Assembly: GCF_964204645.1 (NCBI RefSeq)
Contig: NC_134027.1
Span: forward strand, 16,710,485-16,774,484
Reading direction: 5' to 3'
Source: Tubulanus polymorphus
Lineage: Eukaryota; Animalia; Nemertea
DNA: 64,000 nt
Shown here: one piece after another, positions 13,130 through 26,286 of the stretch
Layout: every line of letters begins with the position of its first letter
How positions within the stretch are numbered: the first letter of the stretch is position 1
The notes under the pieces: model-generated
Told to the model about the DNA's origin: nothing
Database searches by the model: none
What the model saw: the letters and a program-made list of their open reading frames with translations, nothing else
Program-made: the position numbers and the translations under genes

Positions 13130-14503
13130 TTATTTCGTGAGTAAGTCAAGCATGTCGTGTAATACTGAAACTCTATTGGCTATTGTCTTTCCACGATCAA
13201 AATATTCCAGTCGCGCAGGTCTCCTTCTCTCACGCCGTGATCTGACCAGTCGTTCTCGTATGACGATATCAGAGTCATCTGACTCCGAAACTGAGTGATC
13301 ACTGACAGCATCACTAATAACGACTTTATTCGGGGGAGGCAAAACTAGACGATTCCCCTCGGAATCTGAACTGTCAGAGTCGGAACTGTCCTCAGAAAGG
13401 GGTCTTTCTACAGGCACAGCCTGATTGCTTTTACTTCTTGTCTTGCCTTTATCTACGAGATTTGGGGTTGGTAAAGGCAGGAATCCACATGGAAGAAGTA
13501 AGTTTCGATGAAAAATACGTTTGTCCCCTAATCCATCTTCCCTCTGTACTCTGTAGACTACCTCTCCTAATTTCTCCTTGACGATGTAGACATCAGGCTG
13601 CCACCTAGGAGCCAATTTGTGTTTACCTTTGATGCCAACATTCCGAATCAGTACTCGGTCCCCTAGTTCTAAGAAACTTTTCTTCACTTTCTGGTTGTAG
13701 CGAGCTTGATTATATCCGCTGTTCTTCATAGCACTTTCTTGAGCCAGCCTGTATGCAGTATCTAGCTTAGATCTTAGATCACTAGCGTATTTAGAATAAC
13801 TTTTGTTCTGATCTGAAGGTGTGTCTCTGAGATTGAAGAGCCAATCCACTGCGAGGCGGGGTTGTCGCCCAAACATCAACTGAAATGGTGAATAACCGGT
13901 GGCATCATTTTTGGTACAGTTGTAGGCGTATGTGAGATACCTCACATGCTGTGACCAATGGCTACGCTTATCCTCGCTCAAAGTTCCCAACATACCAAGG
14001 AGCGTGCGATTGAACCTCTCACACTGACCATTACTAGGTGGATGGTATGGACTGTAGAGAGAGTTCCTAATTCCCGCAATCTTCTTTAGATCTCTACATA
14101 TCTTGCTAGTAAAACTGGATCCTCTGTCGCTATGGAGTCTACGAGGGAACCCGAAATCTAGGAAGAAGTTTTTCCACAGCACCTCTGCCACTTGTTTTGT
14201 AGTCCGATTCCTAGTCACTATAGCTCTAGAGAATCTTGTATAGTGGTCAGTTATGACTAAGACGTTTTCTTTTCCAGTATCATCTGGTTCAATCGAGAGA
14301 AAATCGATACACACTAAGTCCATAGGACCGCTAGACTGCAAGCTGAGCATGGGTACTGCTTTCTTGTCTTTAGTTTTTCTCAACACGCATGGTTTACATT
14401 GCTTACAATGCTGGCTAATACTCTCGGCCATATTTGGCCAATAGAATCGTTGTTTAGCCAGGTCTAAAGTGCGATCATAGCCCAAGTGTCCCGCGAAATA
14501 CAA
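13130..14503 (-). CDS. Gypsy integrase (partial HHCC, rve core, C-terminal domain)
   Basis: GHLG...FYWP...C..C; IDF...TDHYTRF; LHSDRGSSF; PYHPPSNGQCERFNRTL; KLAPRW. Confidence 0.95.
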   Translation of the reverse strand: MYFAGHLGYDRTLDLAKQRFYWPNMAESISQHCKQCKPCVLRKTKDKKAVPMLSLQSSGPMDLVCIDFLSIEPDDTGKENVLVITDHYTRFSRAIVTRNRTTKQVAEVLWKNFFLDFGFPRRLHSDRGSSFTSKICRDLKKIAGIRNSLYSPYHPPSNGQCERFNRTLLGMLGTLSEDKRSHWSQHVRYLTYAYNCTKNDATGYSPFQLMFGRQPRLAVDWLFNLRDTPSDQNKSYSKYASDLRSKLDTAYRLAQESAMKNSGYNQARYNQKVKKSFLELGDRVLIRNVGIKGKHKLAPRWQPDVYIVKEKLGEVVYRVQREDGLGDKRIFHRNLLLPCGFLPLPTPNLVDKGKTRSKSNQAVPVERPLSEDSSDSDSSDSEGNRLVLPPPNKVVISDAVSDHSVSESDDSDIVIRERLVRSRRERRRPARLEYFDRGKTIANRVSVLHDMLDLLTK

Positions 14504-14573
14504 CCAAATACTCTGTTCGTACTGACCACGGTCTGGAGAGATTTACCAGTTACTGGCAGGCACTGAATGCCAG

Positions 14574-15471
14574 GGGCCGGTTTCACAAAGCATAATTAAC
14601 TTCAATTATAATTAGGACCTAAATTATGATTAAATTTCCTTAATCATGATTAGTTAATTACGATTAAAATTCGGTTTCACGAAAGGGTTTAATTACAAAA
14701 TTAACTAATTACATTATTAGGCAACTTAATTACAATTTAACTGTATCAAAATGGCGGAACTTTAGACAGCCATTTGCTGTCCAAGCATCAACAACAGGAA
14801 CAACCTTCCTTGTTTAGAGGAAAAGAGAAATTCACTCCTTTGGGAGTTAATTATTGCTCTGAAAGGTCTCAGGAACCAGTGGAAAAACTTAGCAAGATGT
14901 CTCATAAGTTTTTAAATAGAAACTCACCTCCAGTCAGCAAAATAAAATCCTCGTAAATGGGGTTTATTTCCGAGCAGTGATTAGCACTTTTTAACACTTA
15001 CTCCATAGATATGTACTCTACTGACAGAAATCTATCATATGTATGGACAAAATCAATTAATTCAATACTTCTAGGTATGTGGTGGTCGTGCTGACAAAAA
15101 CATAGGACGTTCGAAAATAAATCAATAGAATTTAGAGTATTGACATTTTACAAAAGGCAAAAAATCCAAATTATTTGAGCCAAACAATCTGAAAAACTGA
15201 ATAAGTGTAGGAATTGCCGTCATCAATTAGGCCTAATAAACACCAAATTCCATGAATAATATCTGCAGCTTTTTGTTTTTAATAATAAAATAATGATGAT
15301 TAAATGGTTTAATTACACTCTAGAGGAGAATTAAATTTTGTAATTAACTTAATTATAATTAAAGTTAATTACGTTTTGTGAAACACCTAACTTGATTAAA
15401 TCATGATAATTTAATCATGATTAGTGATTTAATCATAATTAAGGGTTAATTACGCTTTGTGAAACCGGCCC
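14574..15471. mobile_element. Non-autonomous PIF/Harbinger-type element nested in Gypsy pol
   Basis: TIRs GGGCCGGTTTCACAAAGC.TAATTAAC at both ends, 3-bp CAG TSD (14571-73 and 15472-74), subterminal TAATTA/ATCATGATT repeats. Confidence 0.85.
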
Positions 15472-15479
15472 CAGGTGAA

Positions 15480-17990
15480 TAATCATTGAGTAGGGGCACA
15501 TTGACCACTATGGTGCCATCAGTTTCATTCTCTGGCAAAGGCCTTACTCTTTTCAGCATCGAGTTTATTCTGTCTGCAGGGTCAGTTTCACTGTCTGCAA
15601 TAGCCTCACCCGGGTGCGGGCGTCTAGATAGCGTCTACATTCTGACTGCCGGGTCGGTACGTGATCGAGAAGTCATAGATAGAAAGATCTGCGAGCCATC
15701 GGTGTCCAGTGGCATCCAATTTAGCTGTGGTTTGGACGTAAGTCAAAGGGTTGTTATCGGTGGACACTTTGATGCCCTTAGCACCATACAAATAATCATG
15801 AAATTTATCCGACATCGCCCAATGAAGGGCTAAGAACTCTAGCTTATGAGCAGGATAATTTCGTTCACTAGTAGATGGGGATCTACTAGCATAGGCTACT
15901 GGACGTAGCAAACCATCTTCTTCCTGATACAAAGCTGCACCCAGCCCCTTGGTACTGGCATCAGTGTGGAGGTGGTATGGACGCCTAGGATCAGCTATCT
16001 TAAGCACTGGTGCGTCAATCCGTTTTTCCTTGAGGCTCCTGAACGCCCTATCACAATCGGCATCCCATTTCTCCCCAAAAGGTGCAGTTGCTACCTGGCG
16101 GTTGATTGAAACTTTTCCTTTAGAATTCTTACTGGATACCCCTTTAATAGGGCCTGCAATGGGACGGCAATGCTGGAATAGTTCTTGATGAAACGTCTAT
16201 AGTATGATGCAAAACCTAACCATTTCTTCACATCTTTTTGACACGTGGGGGTCGGCCATGTCTTTACTCCTTCGATCTTTTTCGGGCAAGTGCGTATACC
16301 CTCAGAACCAATCACGTGGCCTAAGTATGACACCGACCGCCTAAATAACTGACACTTCTCCAAACTCAATTTAAGGCGAACTGTCATAAACGGTCGAACA
16401 TTCCTTGCAAGTGTACTAAATGCTCATCAAATGTTTGTGAATATACTATTAAATCATCAAGGAATGCAAGCGCATGTCGTAGATTTGTATTGCCCAGGCA
16501 CTTTTCTATCAGCCGCTGGAAAGTTGCTGAAGCGTTCGTGAGTCCTTGGGCCATACGGATGTATCGATATGAACCAAAAGGACACACGAAACTGGTCTTG
16601 TCCCGATCTTCTTCCTTAAGGCCGATTTGGTAAAACCCGCTCTTTAAGTCCATCGTTGAATACCACTGACAGCCAGAAAGACGGGTGAATGCTTCCTCTA
16701 TCCGGGGCAACTGATACTGGTCTCTAATGGTCAGTTTGTTTAGTTTCCGAAAATCACCAGTAAGTCGCAACTCGCCATTCTTCTTTCTTATCAAAACGAT
16801 TGCACTAGCGTAAGGATTACAGGATTCTTCAATTATTTTAGCGTCAATTAATTGTTGTAGGTGTTGGCGTAAGTCTTCTAAATCAGAATAGGGTACCGGA
16901 CGACTACGGTCACGAAAAGGTCGGTCAGATTTTAATTCAATCTTGTGTTCTACTGCATCCGTCAATCCAAAATCAAGATCATCTTTAGAGAAGATGTCTT
17001 TATTTCTCATCAGAAGGGCCTTGCATCTCGCTTTCTGGTCTCCTGTGAGCGATGTATCAAATTCAAAACCTGAAAACAAAGGGTCGTTCTCAAATTTCTC
17101 ACTTTCGTCATTTTGCGCGGTCACTGATTGAACTGGTGTCGAGCCCATGCTACGTCCTTCACGACCGATTGGTCGTATCCACTGGGGTAAAAATAGGTCC
17201 GCGATATGTGCCTTTGGTGATACAAAGACTGATTTCTCAGAATAGTTCTCCACTGGAACTTTCATTCTACACTTATTATGGCCGCAGGCCGTTACTAATT
17301 TACTGTGAACCTGCACCCCTCCAGGAAGACCACAGCTTTCGTCAGCTGTATCTATAAGGGCAGGGTAACTTGATTTGACTGGGAACGAGCTAGCCATACA
17401 GTCAATTTCAACTACTCTACCCGGCTTAACCTCAAAAGGTCGATTGTTAATAGTAACTAGCCTGCCCACCTTCCCATTACATGGGTCTACAAATTTATCA
17501 ATGTCGGAAACCGACTGAACTATCCTACGTACGTTATGTATTTTACTTTCCATGCTAGAACCTTTTGAAAATCGTTCCGTGCCAATCTGATATAATGCAG
17601 TATTCTTCTCTTCGGAGAATACCCGTCTTATGATATTCGTACCAATCAGAATCGGAAGTTCCGCCGCTAATTGGGTGTCTGGGCACACTAAGAATGAAGC
17701 GTTAATCTCGTAACCTGATCCACTTAAACTGTGAATCTGAATCGTAGCTTCAATGTACCCCAAATAAGGAACCGAAGACCCACTAGCGCTTTCTAACTTC
17801 AACACTGATTCTAATGTTCTAATAGGATGGCTAGCACGCAAATGACGATTATAAAATGTGTCACTAATGATACTCACTTGCGATCCCGTGTCTATAAGAC
17901 AACCTGTGTAAACTCCCTCTATAACACAAGATAAATCACAAACTTCCCCCAATAGCTGGGACGCAGTACCCCTACGATAATCTTGGGCTT
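15480..17990 (-). pseudogene. Gypsy pol: aspartic protease, RT, RNase H (frameshifted)
   Basis: CLIDTGSQVS; RKKNGELRL..DFRKLN; MDLKSGFYQI; AFLDDLIVYS; LHTDASTKGLGAALYQ; YPAHKLEFLAL; TDNNPLTYV. Confidence 0.95.
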
Positions 17991-18032
17991 TGTTGGAACA
18001 GGCCTGTAGTCGCCCTGGTGTACAGACCCTTG

Positions 18033-18971
18033 TTAGTTTCCCGAGCTCTTATTTCCTTGGCTCATAGAATTAGGGCGGTTAAAGCGAGTATGCGCTGAAT
18101 TTCCCTGATTTGACGAGTTAACGCGGTTCAGGCAAGTGAGCACCAAAACTGGATCCGCCGCACGTTTGCAATCACGTGCCATATGGCCCTCTCCCCCACA
18201 ATATAAACAGAAAAAGTATTGTCGTCTCATGTCCCTGCAGTCACGTGCAAAGTGGCCAGTCCGGCCACACTTGTAACAGGGGCCTCGAATCCTCTGGAGT
18301 TGCTGCTGGGAAGCTGGGTCCAGTGTGACAGACTTTATACTATCTACTAAAGCGTCAGTTTGTCGTTTGAACGTATCTGTCTGCGCCTTGAGGGCCGCGA
18401 CTAAATGAGATGGGCATTCGTCATTTGTAGTACTAGTGACATTCCTAATCACCGCCTTCTTTTCGTCCCTTGTCTTAACCTTGAATCGTTGTTCTTTCTC
18501 ACTCCTCTTTATTTCTTCCCTCTTAACCGCGGAGAGGAATTCACTATATCGCTGAAAGCGATCTGGATTTGATTCAACCTCCATAACGAGAATCATTTTC
18601 TCATCATGACTACCACGGCTAAATTGTTTGATAACGGCTGCAAGGGGATCCTCATTCGGGACAGCATTGAGAGACACAGCCCGGTGATACAAAGTTTGTA
18701 AACGCTGTAAGAAACGACTGCATTCTTCATCAGGGGCTTGAATTGCATCATAAAATTTCATTAAGACGCTATGACCATCTCCTGTTGGCTCGTAAACAGC
18801 CTGCAACACGTCTAAGATCTCCTGAAGCTCAGCATCGGTACCTACACTCCGAGCTGTGCCCAGAGCAGGTTGTCCTAAGCTCTGGAGGACAAGCCTCTTT
18901 TTATCTCTGTCGTCCCCAGCTTCCGCCTGGAGTTCAGCGCACACTCGATACGGTGACCCCAAACAAAACAT
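18033..18971 (-). CDS. Gypsy gag (PNMA-like capsid, two CCHC zinc knuckles); 5' end probably damaged
   Basis: CYKCGRTGHFARDC and CLYCGGEGHMARDC. It lies upstream of pol. Confidence 0.9.
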   Translation of the reverse strand: MFCLGSPYRVCAELQAEAGDDRDKKRLVLQSLGQPALGTARSVGTDAELQEILDVLQAVYEPTGDGHSVLMKFYDAIQAPDEECSRFLQRLQTLYHRAVSLNAVPNEDPLAAVIKQFSRGSHDEKMILVMEVESNPDRFQRYSEFLSAVKREEIKRSEKEQRFKVKTRDEKKAVIRNVTSTTNDECPSHLVAALKAQTDTFKRQTDALVDSIKSVTLDPASQQQLQRIRGPCYKCGRTGHFARDCRDMRRQYFFCLYCGGEGHMARDCKRAADPVLVLTCLNRVNSSNQGNSAHTRFNRPNSMSQGNKSSGN

Positions 18972-19509
18972 CTAAAGCTCCCTAGATTCTGACCTAGAAA
19001 TTTCTCGTCGATATACTAAGATATTAAAAACATGCTATACGATTAAACTAGCTAATTTGATCAATTAATATTTAAACCAAAAATCAGTACAACTGATGGC
19101 TGCACTCATCCAATCAAAAATGAACTAATGATAAACGGTTGTAATCGAAATATAGATAATACTACTGAAACGACACGCAACAGCTGATGCAATCAACGAA
19201 TGCTGACGCGATAAATTCCCAACCCGTGCAGGAAGTTTTGCTAAATTGAAGATTGCCTAGTGACCCATAATTTAGGAGTGATATTCTGACTCAACAGTAC
19301 GTACTTCAAAATAAACATCTAACCAGCTTGTTTACAGAGCTGTAATAAAACACAATATCAATGTACCGTTTCTACGAATTTCTGCCTTATTCGTACTTCT
19401 CATTCTCCCTGTACAGTATTCGCGCCACAAGAAGCCAGGGGTAACAACTTGCTTGACCCGACGAATACTTCTATCAGTTTACTATAATTTGTTGGAGCAT
19501 TAAATAAAT

Positions 19510-19527
19510 GCCCCACCTTGGGCGCCA
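19510..19527 (-). promoter_or_regulatory. Primer binding site, tRNA-Lys(CUU) type
   Basis: TGGCGCCCAAGGTGGGGC lies 3 nt inside the 5' LTR, one mismatch to the tRNA-Lys1,2 PBS TGGCGCCCAACGTGGGGC. Confidence 0.85.
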
Positions 19528-19530
19528 AAA

Positions 19531-20929
19531 TGTAACCGCACTTGCCTAAAATAAAAACTATGCCACTGTGCGTCCAGAACAGCAAATAAAAAAACCAGTA
19601 ATTCGTAGATCATATATATATATATATGGAAGATAAGTAATTTATTAAGATAATAATTCAAAAACAAAATAACTAAGGTACTTAGAAAAAAAAATGAAAA
19701 TAAACAGGGCCCTTTTTACGAAACTTAGATCAGAAAAAATAAAATCAAATAAAATTGGCTTAAATGTAAGTCAATGATCAATTTAAGTTCTTTTTCTCCA
19801 AAAGTTCATAAATTTTAACTTAGCGTTGCTCCAAAAAGATCACTCTGCCGCTCCTCGAAATTGTTCGCTGCGCTGCTCCCGAAATAGTTCGCTGTGGTTC
19901 CTGTTGCTGTCAAAAATCTGTAGTAATTGTTGATCTGTGGTTTCAAAATATTTAAAAGTTTGCTGAATGCGTAGTATCTGTCGAATTTATAATTTGCATG
20001 TCACGCAAATATCACTGTTGATGAAAGTCCACTGGTGGTACGCGGAGTTTGGTACGCGGAAAAAACTGTTTTACTTAACAATGTTTTTTTATCACCAAGC
20101 TGGCTAAACTTCTGTGGCCGTAAAACTTTAACTACCACTAATAACAAGTATCCTTCCGAATCACTTTCGAATCACGAACACAACTCCGTAATGATTAAAA
20201 TTCAATCCTGTTAGAAGTTCTCCAACAGTAAAAAAGTTTGTGACGATTATGACAACTGCCACAAAAGATTTCTTATATAAATTACGTATCAAGTTTTACT
20301 AGTTGTAAAAACTCAAAAATTGCAGGAGAACTCGAGTTGAGCTTCCTCCTATCTCGAAATCTCAAAAGCGTCTCCCCTCTCTCCAAACTATACACGCCCA
20401 ACTTCCTGCAGGGGCTCCCTTAAAAATAATCTCTCAAAGATCCATTCAAGTCAAAAAATTAGATAGTTTATCCCCTAAAATGGTGAAAAGGAACTTACCC
20501 AAAATAATACTAATGTATTTAACTCCCGCCACATAATTGTGAAATCCTAATATTCCTCTTTATAGAAGAAAAATGAATATTTTATGAGATTAAAATAATT
20601 GAAATTCTTGTGAACCCCATAGCTTCAGGTAAAAATTGCATCAGCAAATATGTGTCAAAATTCACATCTCATAATAATTAACACCAAGGCTACATGAGCT
20701 AGCGACCTCATAAAACTTTAATATGTTTAAACTAGTGAACTAAATTCAGCAAATGCCTGTTATGAAAACTAGACAACACGAACCAACAGATTTTACATTT
20801 AACTTTAAGATCAAACATTGAATGATAAAAAAAATTAGATATAACGCAAGGACTTTAAGGAAATATATATAAAACCGACTACAGGATGTTCCAACTAAAA
20901 TGATGGGACCCCCCATAGTAGTGGCTACA
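19531..20929 (-). repeat. 5' LTR
   Basis: Direct repeat of 11428-12754, adjacent to the PBS. Confidence 0.96.
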
Positions 20930-21873
20930 TCTGAGATGATATTTTCATCATCAATAAACCACTTATTGTTATCCCCATCATAAGTGTAAGCCGCTGGTTC
21001 TTGTATCGGCAGGCTAGCTGGGGAACTAGCATTTACACCAGCGGAACAGGATTCCATCCATCAGGAACAACGAGGCAGTTTAACCTTATATGTACAATAT
21101 TCATTGCATTCGGGAATGAGCATGATAATCATAACTTAATATATACAGTCTTTATATACAGAATCACGAGTATGATGTGAAAACTCGGTGTCAGACAAGT
21201 CGTAGACATCTGGACTCACAAACTAACACCTAGTGACATGTTTGAGAGACATTAACTAATTATTGATGAGCACTGACCAGAGTTAATTACTATGAATACA
21301 TATAGAGTAGTCTGTCATGTAGATTACGATTAAAGCACATATTAATACTATATTTAGTAGTATCATATTACTATTATTATTATTTTGATTATTATTAAGT
21401 ATTTCAAGTAGTAAGAGATATACAATATTACGAACATCTCATTATATGAGATATATATGATTATAATATGTGTGACTTATATCAGGGTGACAGAAGACAC
21501 AACTGGCTTACACAATTTTGAGTTAAGTCCAAGGATTTTTCAATAGGGTTTCTGCTGCTTTGCAGGAATTCTCTTGTAATTCTCATGATTATTACCTTTT
21601 CCACTTTCCAGACAAATTTTGTTCATAAAATTTAACTCCTCTCAGATTCGACTACTAACAGCTAAAAAACATAATTTTCAATTCTGACAGAAATATAACT
21701 TAGCGTCTGACCATTTCGAATTTGTGTATAGTAATTAATTATGAATTAATATAGCGTAAAAGAATTTTACCATGTCAGGAAGAGCAAACAAGAATGTACG
21801 TAGGCGTGAATCTAATATCTAGGCTACCTTGAGTTATTATCATATAATACCTTCACAAGAGGGCTTTGTCAGT

Positions 21874-21956
21874 AGACCCGATAGTGCAGAGGGTAACGTT
21901 CTGGTCTGACGAGCAGTGGTTCGCGTGTTAGATACCGTCCTCCGCTCGCCTTTTTA
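21874..21956 (+). other. Degenerate tRNA-like / Pol III-like segment
   Basis: A-box-like TAGTGCAGAGGG, B-box-like GTTAGATAC, then a T run. No convincing cloverleaf. Confidence 0.3.
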
Positions 21957-22239
21957 ACATTTCTTTTTTTCTAATGGGTTTCTGTTTGATTTGTTTAGGC
22001 TTATGGACATTTATTCTTAATTTTCAATAATGTTTGGTCGTATCAAATATGGATTTTATTACAGCCAGGATTTTGATTGTAATGGTAGATATGGTAGATA
22101 TCGTCACAACGTTCTATTCACCAAACAGCCCAGCCGTGCAATATCATACACTGTTTGAGTCAATTGAATGTGTCTGTATGTCTATCCCTTCTTCAGCTGC
22201 TGAGTTTCGTGAATGGTTTCGTAATCCATAAATGCATAA

Positions 22240-22454
22240 TAACTTCGGCCAGAGGTTTATTGTTATCATCGGTCAATCTACAAATCTTAACACCTATTGA
22301 CAATTTGTTTGTCGAGACATTCAAAACATTCAGACATCGAGATATTCTAAAGCACTTTAAAGACATTCTTATATCGAAAGGCGTATCAGCAACCACCCAC
22401 TACAGCGCCTGTGAAGACTGCATCAGTGGAACAGGCGCTATATAAATGTTTATG

Positions 22455-22495
<41 letters not shown>

Positions 22496-22496
22496 T
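22240..22496 (+). mobile_element. 3' end of an L2/CR1-group LINE
   Basis: Stem-loop AGCGCCTG...CAGGCGCT followed by ATATAAAT and a (GATT)n tail. Degenerate ...TFKT...LK coding remnant upstream. Confidence 0.6.
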
Positions 22497-23342
22497 GTGA
22501 CCATAAGTGGATTTAAGCTTGATCGTACAATGTAAACCAGGTTCTGCAAATACTAGTGGAAAGAACACAAATTGCGTTTGATTCTAATAACCAAGTGACT
22601 GCTACATAAACTTTCACTAGGTTTGTTGTTCATCTTTTTTTTTCAATATGGATTTAGAAGTCCTTAAAATCTAAGTATCAACAGCCGCCCAGGACCAGAA
22701 TAAATTTAATTTTTAATTATATTGATAATAATGCTTTATCAGCGATCAGGCCATCATTAAAACGGCGGAAAATTTTAAATCTCGTAATAACTTAGAAATA
22801 AGAATGCCGTAGGCGTGAAGTTATTGGCAGCTTTAGCTGCTAGCTACGAGCGCCGAAGGCGCACAGTAATGACCGGGGTCTGGGGGCCCTCCCCCAGAAA
22901 ATTTTGATTTTTCATATCAATCAAAAAGGTCGGAAATCCGACTGAGGTTGGAAAATGATCATCCCTGGATCTTCAACTTACATATGCATGTATTGAAATA
23001 TTTCAATAAAAGATTTTATGACTTTTATCGAATTAACAGTGATATGTTCTTATCTCTGTTATTTTTTGTTCAGCACGTCAACTTATCAAATTAAGATTGA
23101 GTTCTTGATAGAACAAATCAAGGTCTTTAGTGATGTGATACGATCAAAATGCTTCACGAATGCATGTTGAAATCACTAAACATTTATTCAGTACAAGCGG
23201 TTTAGTTCAGTTTCAAAGCTGGATCACATCAAAAACATGGTATAACTTATAAGTACATATACACATAAGTTCCACATGCCAACGGGTACGATTAGTTCAT
23301 GCAACTCCCAATGGAACTATGAAAGCACCAAAATAGGTAATA

Positions 23343-23967
23343 CCGTATTTTCCGGCCAATAAGCCGATTTTCTAGCCTCAGATTTTTACCCAAAATATCA
23401 TGATCGGCTTATTGGGCGGATACGATCTGACATAAAAAATCACTTCCCGATCTATGTCACTCTAATGCTCTCAATGATCGTCAAAATCAAGAAAAGTGGT
23501 CGATATTTATTTGAGGTCATTATTTACTACCAATTATAATCTATTTTGAACTATTTTATTTTTACTTTGATTGTTCCATCACCGCACAGCGGCAATGGGA
23601 TACATTTATATAACGCGCGAGTTCATCGTACTACCACGTGTCAGTTCATACATTAGTATATATGCAAATCAGCAGTGAGCCGCGTACTGCGTGTATGGCT
23701 GTGTGTATAGTAATCAGCTGAGTGAGTCTATATATAGCACAGTCACTCGGCGATGATAGTATACACAGCACTCTCACACATCGGCGGGCACTACTGTCAG
23801 CATCTTAAATCGTCAATTAAGACGAACTAATTGACAAATCAGTGAATTAAAATCTCTGATGAAGGGCCTCGGCTAATTGGGCGAAGCTTTATGAAATCCA
23901 TGTATTTTAGGCTAAAAAACTGCCCTCGGCTTATTGGCCGAGTCGGCTTATTGGCCGGAAAATATGG
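23343..23967. mobile_element. Tc1/mariner-pogo-type MITE
   Basis: TIR CCGTATTTTCCGGCCAATAAGCCG (1 mismatch), TA TSD, internal repeats of CGGCTTATTGG. Confidence 0.85.
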
Positions 23968-24180
23968 TAGTACTTTTTACGTGGTAGTGTGGATCCGCAT
24001 ATCCCAGATGTGTCGCGCTCCTTCAAAATAGTTGTACTTTATAAACTGATAAGAATTATTCAGTGAAATCTTTGTGTGCTTCCAAGTGCAACATTTAAAC
24101 CAGCAAGGCAGAAAACCATGGTCGTTGCTTTGCAGCTATATTTATTATTATTATTATATAACAACATTTAAGCAACAAAC

Positions 24181-24261
24181 CTCATCATGATCAGTGAACG
24201 CTACAACAGCAGGTGTCACCCTTTCGCCAGCATCATTAGCCACAACATCAACTTTACCATC
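24181..24261 (-). CDS. HSPA14: Hsp70 family member 14 (HSPA14/Hsp70L1), coding exon 2
   Basis: tttcAG|[27 protein letters not shown]|GTttgt, 81 nt, phase 0. It matches the HSPA14 motif [16 protein letters not shown]. Confidence 0.9.
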
Positions 24262-24294
24262 CTGAAATTGTCAAGAGGTATAGAAACTTCTATC

Positions 24295-24540
24295 AATATT
24301 CTAACACTTTCAATATTAAATGCTCCCTGCTGACCATATAATGAAACCAATGACCCTGAAACTCACCACAATCATAGAATATGTCAGGAGTTAGAATTTT
24401 GCTATTTATTGTGGTAAGAAAATATGCCTATGTACCAATATAATACAGGAATACAAAGTTATTCTACTATTCACTGCCCGCTGGAGACCATATACTAGAA
24501 ACCAATGGCCTTGAAACTCACCACAATCTTAGAATATGTC
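24295..24540 (+). repeat. Fragment of the HINE-like family (tandem ~160-bp units)
   Basis: GACC.TGAAACTCACCACAATC.TAGAA units, same family as 41553-42828. Confidence 0.7.
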
Positions 24541-25563
24541 CTTGTAAAAGGATAGAGTATTTCACAATAATGGGTACCTACGAAGTCAAAATTTTTGATG
24601 AAGGAATTCTTTTTTCAGGGTCAGCAATCATAAATTGTTTCATGAATATGTTATATTGTCTTCTAAAACAAACTAGGGGTCTGTGGATTTTTCAAATCGT
24701 CTCAGATTGCTTTTCAGGAGTTTCACATTGAAATTTCTTTTACCTTACTTATTACTACTTTTTAGGACTAATTCATACTATTTAGTACTATTCGATGTTT
24801 CTCAGTTCGAAGTTAATTGATAAAAACGACCTATTCATCAGTGGTATTGATTAATTTCATAAAGTAAAAGTAATAATCTTGCCAATAATCATTTCTTGAA
24901 TGTTTCCTGGTCACCTAATAACTAATGTCTAAGCACCAGTGAATCAGTTTATATCATTTATTCAATGAGATTCTCCCTGTTTTGTACAGGACTTATACTA
25001 ACTTTTAATAGGCATAGTTACATTTCAGTTAGTTTTTGCACTTTTGTACTTTAAAGATGTATTCTATCATCAGGCTGCAAAAAGACCCTCAGGCAGCAAA
25101 CAGATTGTTACCCTTCATGCCTGAAGAACATGTTATCATTCAAAAATAGTTGTACAGGACAGTGATGAACAAAGCTCACAAAGGGTACTTATTTACTGGA
25201 GATTTTCATTTTAAAGGTTGAAAACTGGATGTTTGGAAGAGGTGAAAGTAATATATAGCTTACATGACACTTAATAAGCTGAAACAAGTGAATTTTTAGA
25301 CAATAGAAATTGTGTACTGTACACAACACTGTCCTGTACGACACAATGGGTAACATCATTTAATTAGTCCCAGATCCAATTCGTATTACAGAATTGCTCT
25401 AAAACTCACGGTATCTGCACAAACTTAATTGCCTAACCAAACTTAACAGAAATTTACATGCCTTGTAGGCCTAGTTCTTTTAGCTGAAAATGTGTCCTAA
25501 TAAGTGTCCTGTACAACACATGGAGAATCGCTTAGACTGAACCACACAATAAATCATCCAAAA

Positions 25564-26109
25564 TTACTTCAACCTTTGGGAGGCAAGATCTCCATCATCT
25601 TCCTTTTGAAGATTTCTGGTGTTGTAGAAATTCCCATTGGGAGTCGCTTTATAGCTTCCAAAAGGTGTATTAAAGACAGTGAGCAAACTTGACTCCTCAT
25701 GCAGTTCTATCTGGATATAACCAGCGTTTGCATCTAGGGTTGTGGAATATTCACAGTCGCTCATCTTACCAGTACTGATAATGTTATCTATGGTATTGAT
25801 AGGAAAATATTCCAGCAAAAGGGCTCTATTAAGATCTCTGGGATCTATTTTTAGCCTAACATCCAGTTACAATTTAGGCACGACTAATAATGAACCGCAC
25901 CAAGGTGTTGGTACACCTGGAGGAATTTGTTCCAAAATATCCTCACGCACTAATTGATCTAGTTTTCTTTTAGCTGGCTCATACAGAGGCCCAGGGATTG
26001 GTTTGCAGGGATGTACTACTGGCTGCACATCAGGGTTGCATTTAAGCTGAACTTTGCCCGGCATTTTACCTATACCATTGAATACATCACCATACTCATA
26101 GAGTGCCAT
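25564..26109 (-). pseudogene. Decayed Gypsy (Mag-like) RT fragment
   Basis: YGDVFNGIGKMPG...PVVHP...PTPWCGSLLVVPK; LDANAGYIQIELHEESSLLTVFNTPFG. Confidence 0.85.
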
Positions 26110-26286
26110 CCTTATGAGCTGTATATAGATTTATTTCATAACGCCAGCTCTGTCTCAGTATCTGCTTTACCTGTACCCGATCGACCCAATTTTTCTCATG
26201 TTGATGGGCCCTTGCGGGATACAAATACATACAAAAGATGAAGACAATTGATCAAAGCGTGTTCAAAATTTCCATCGAAAACTTGA

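Larger units (their letters stand above)
11428..20929 (-). mobile_element. Full-length Gypsy/Ty3 LTR retrotransposon (decayed pol)
   Basis: Two ~1.3-1.4 kb TG...CA LTRs, 4-bp TSD TCTG (11424-27 and 20930-33), PBS, purine tract, gag-PR-RT-RH-IN order. Confidence 0.97.
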
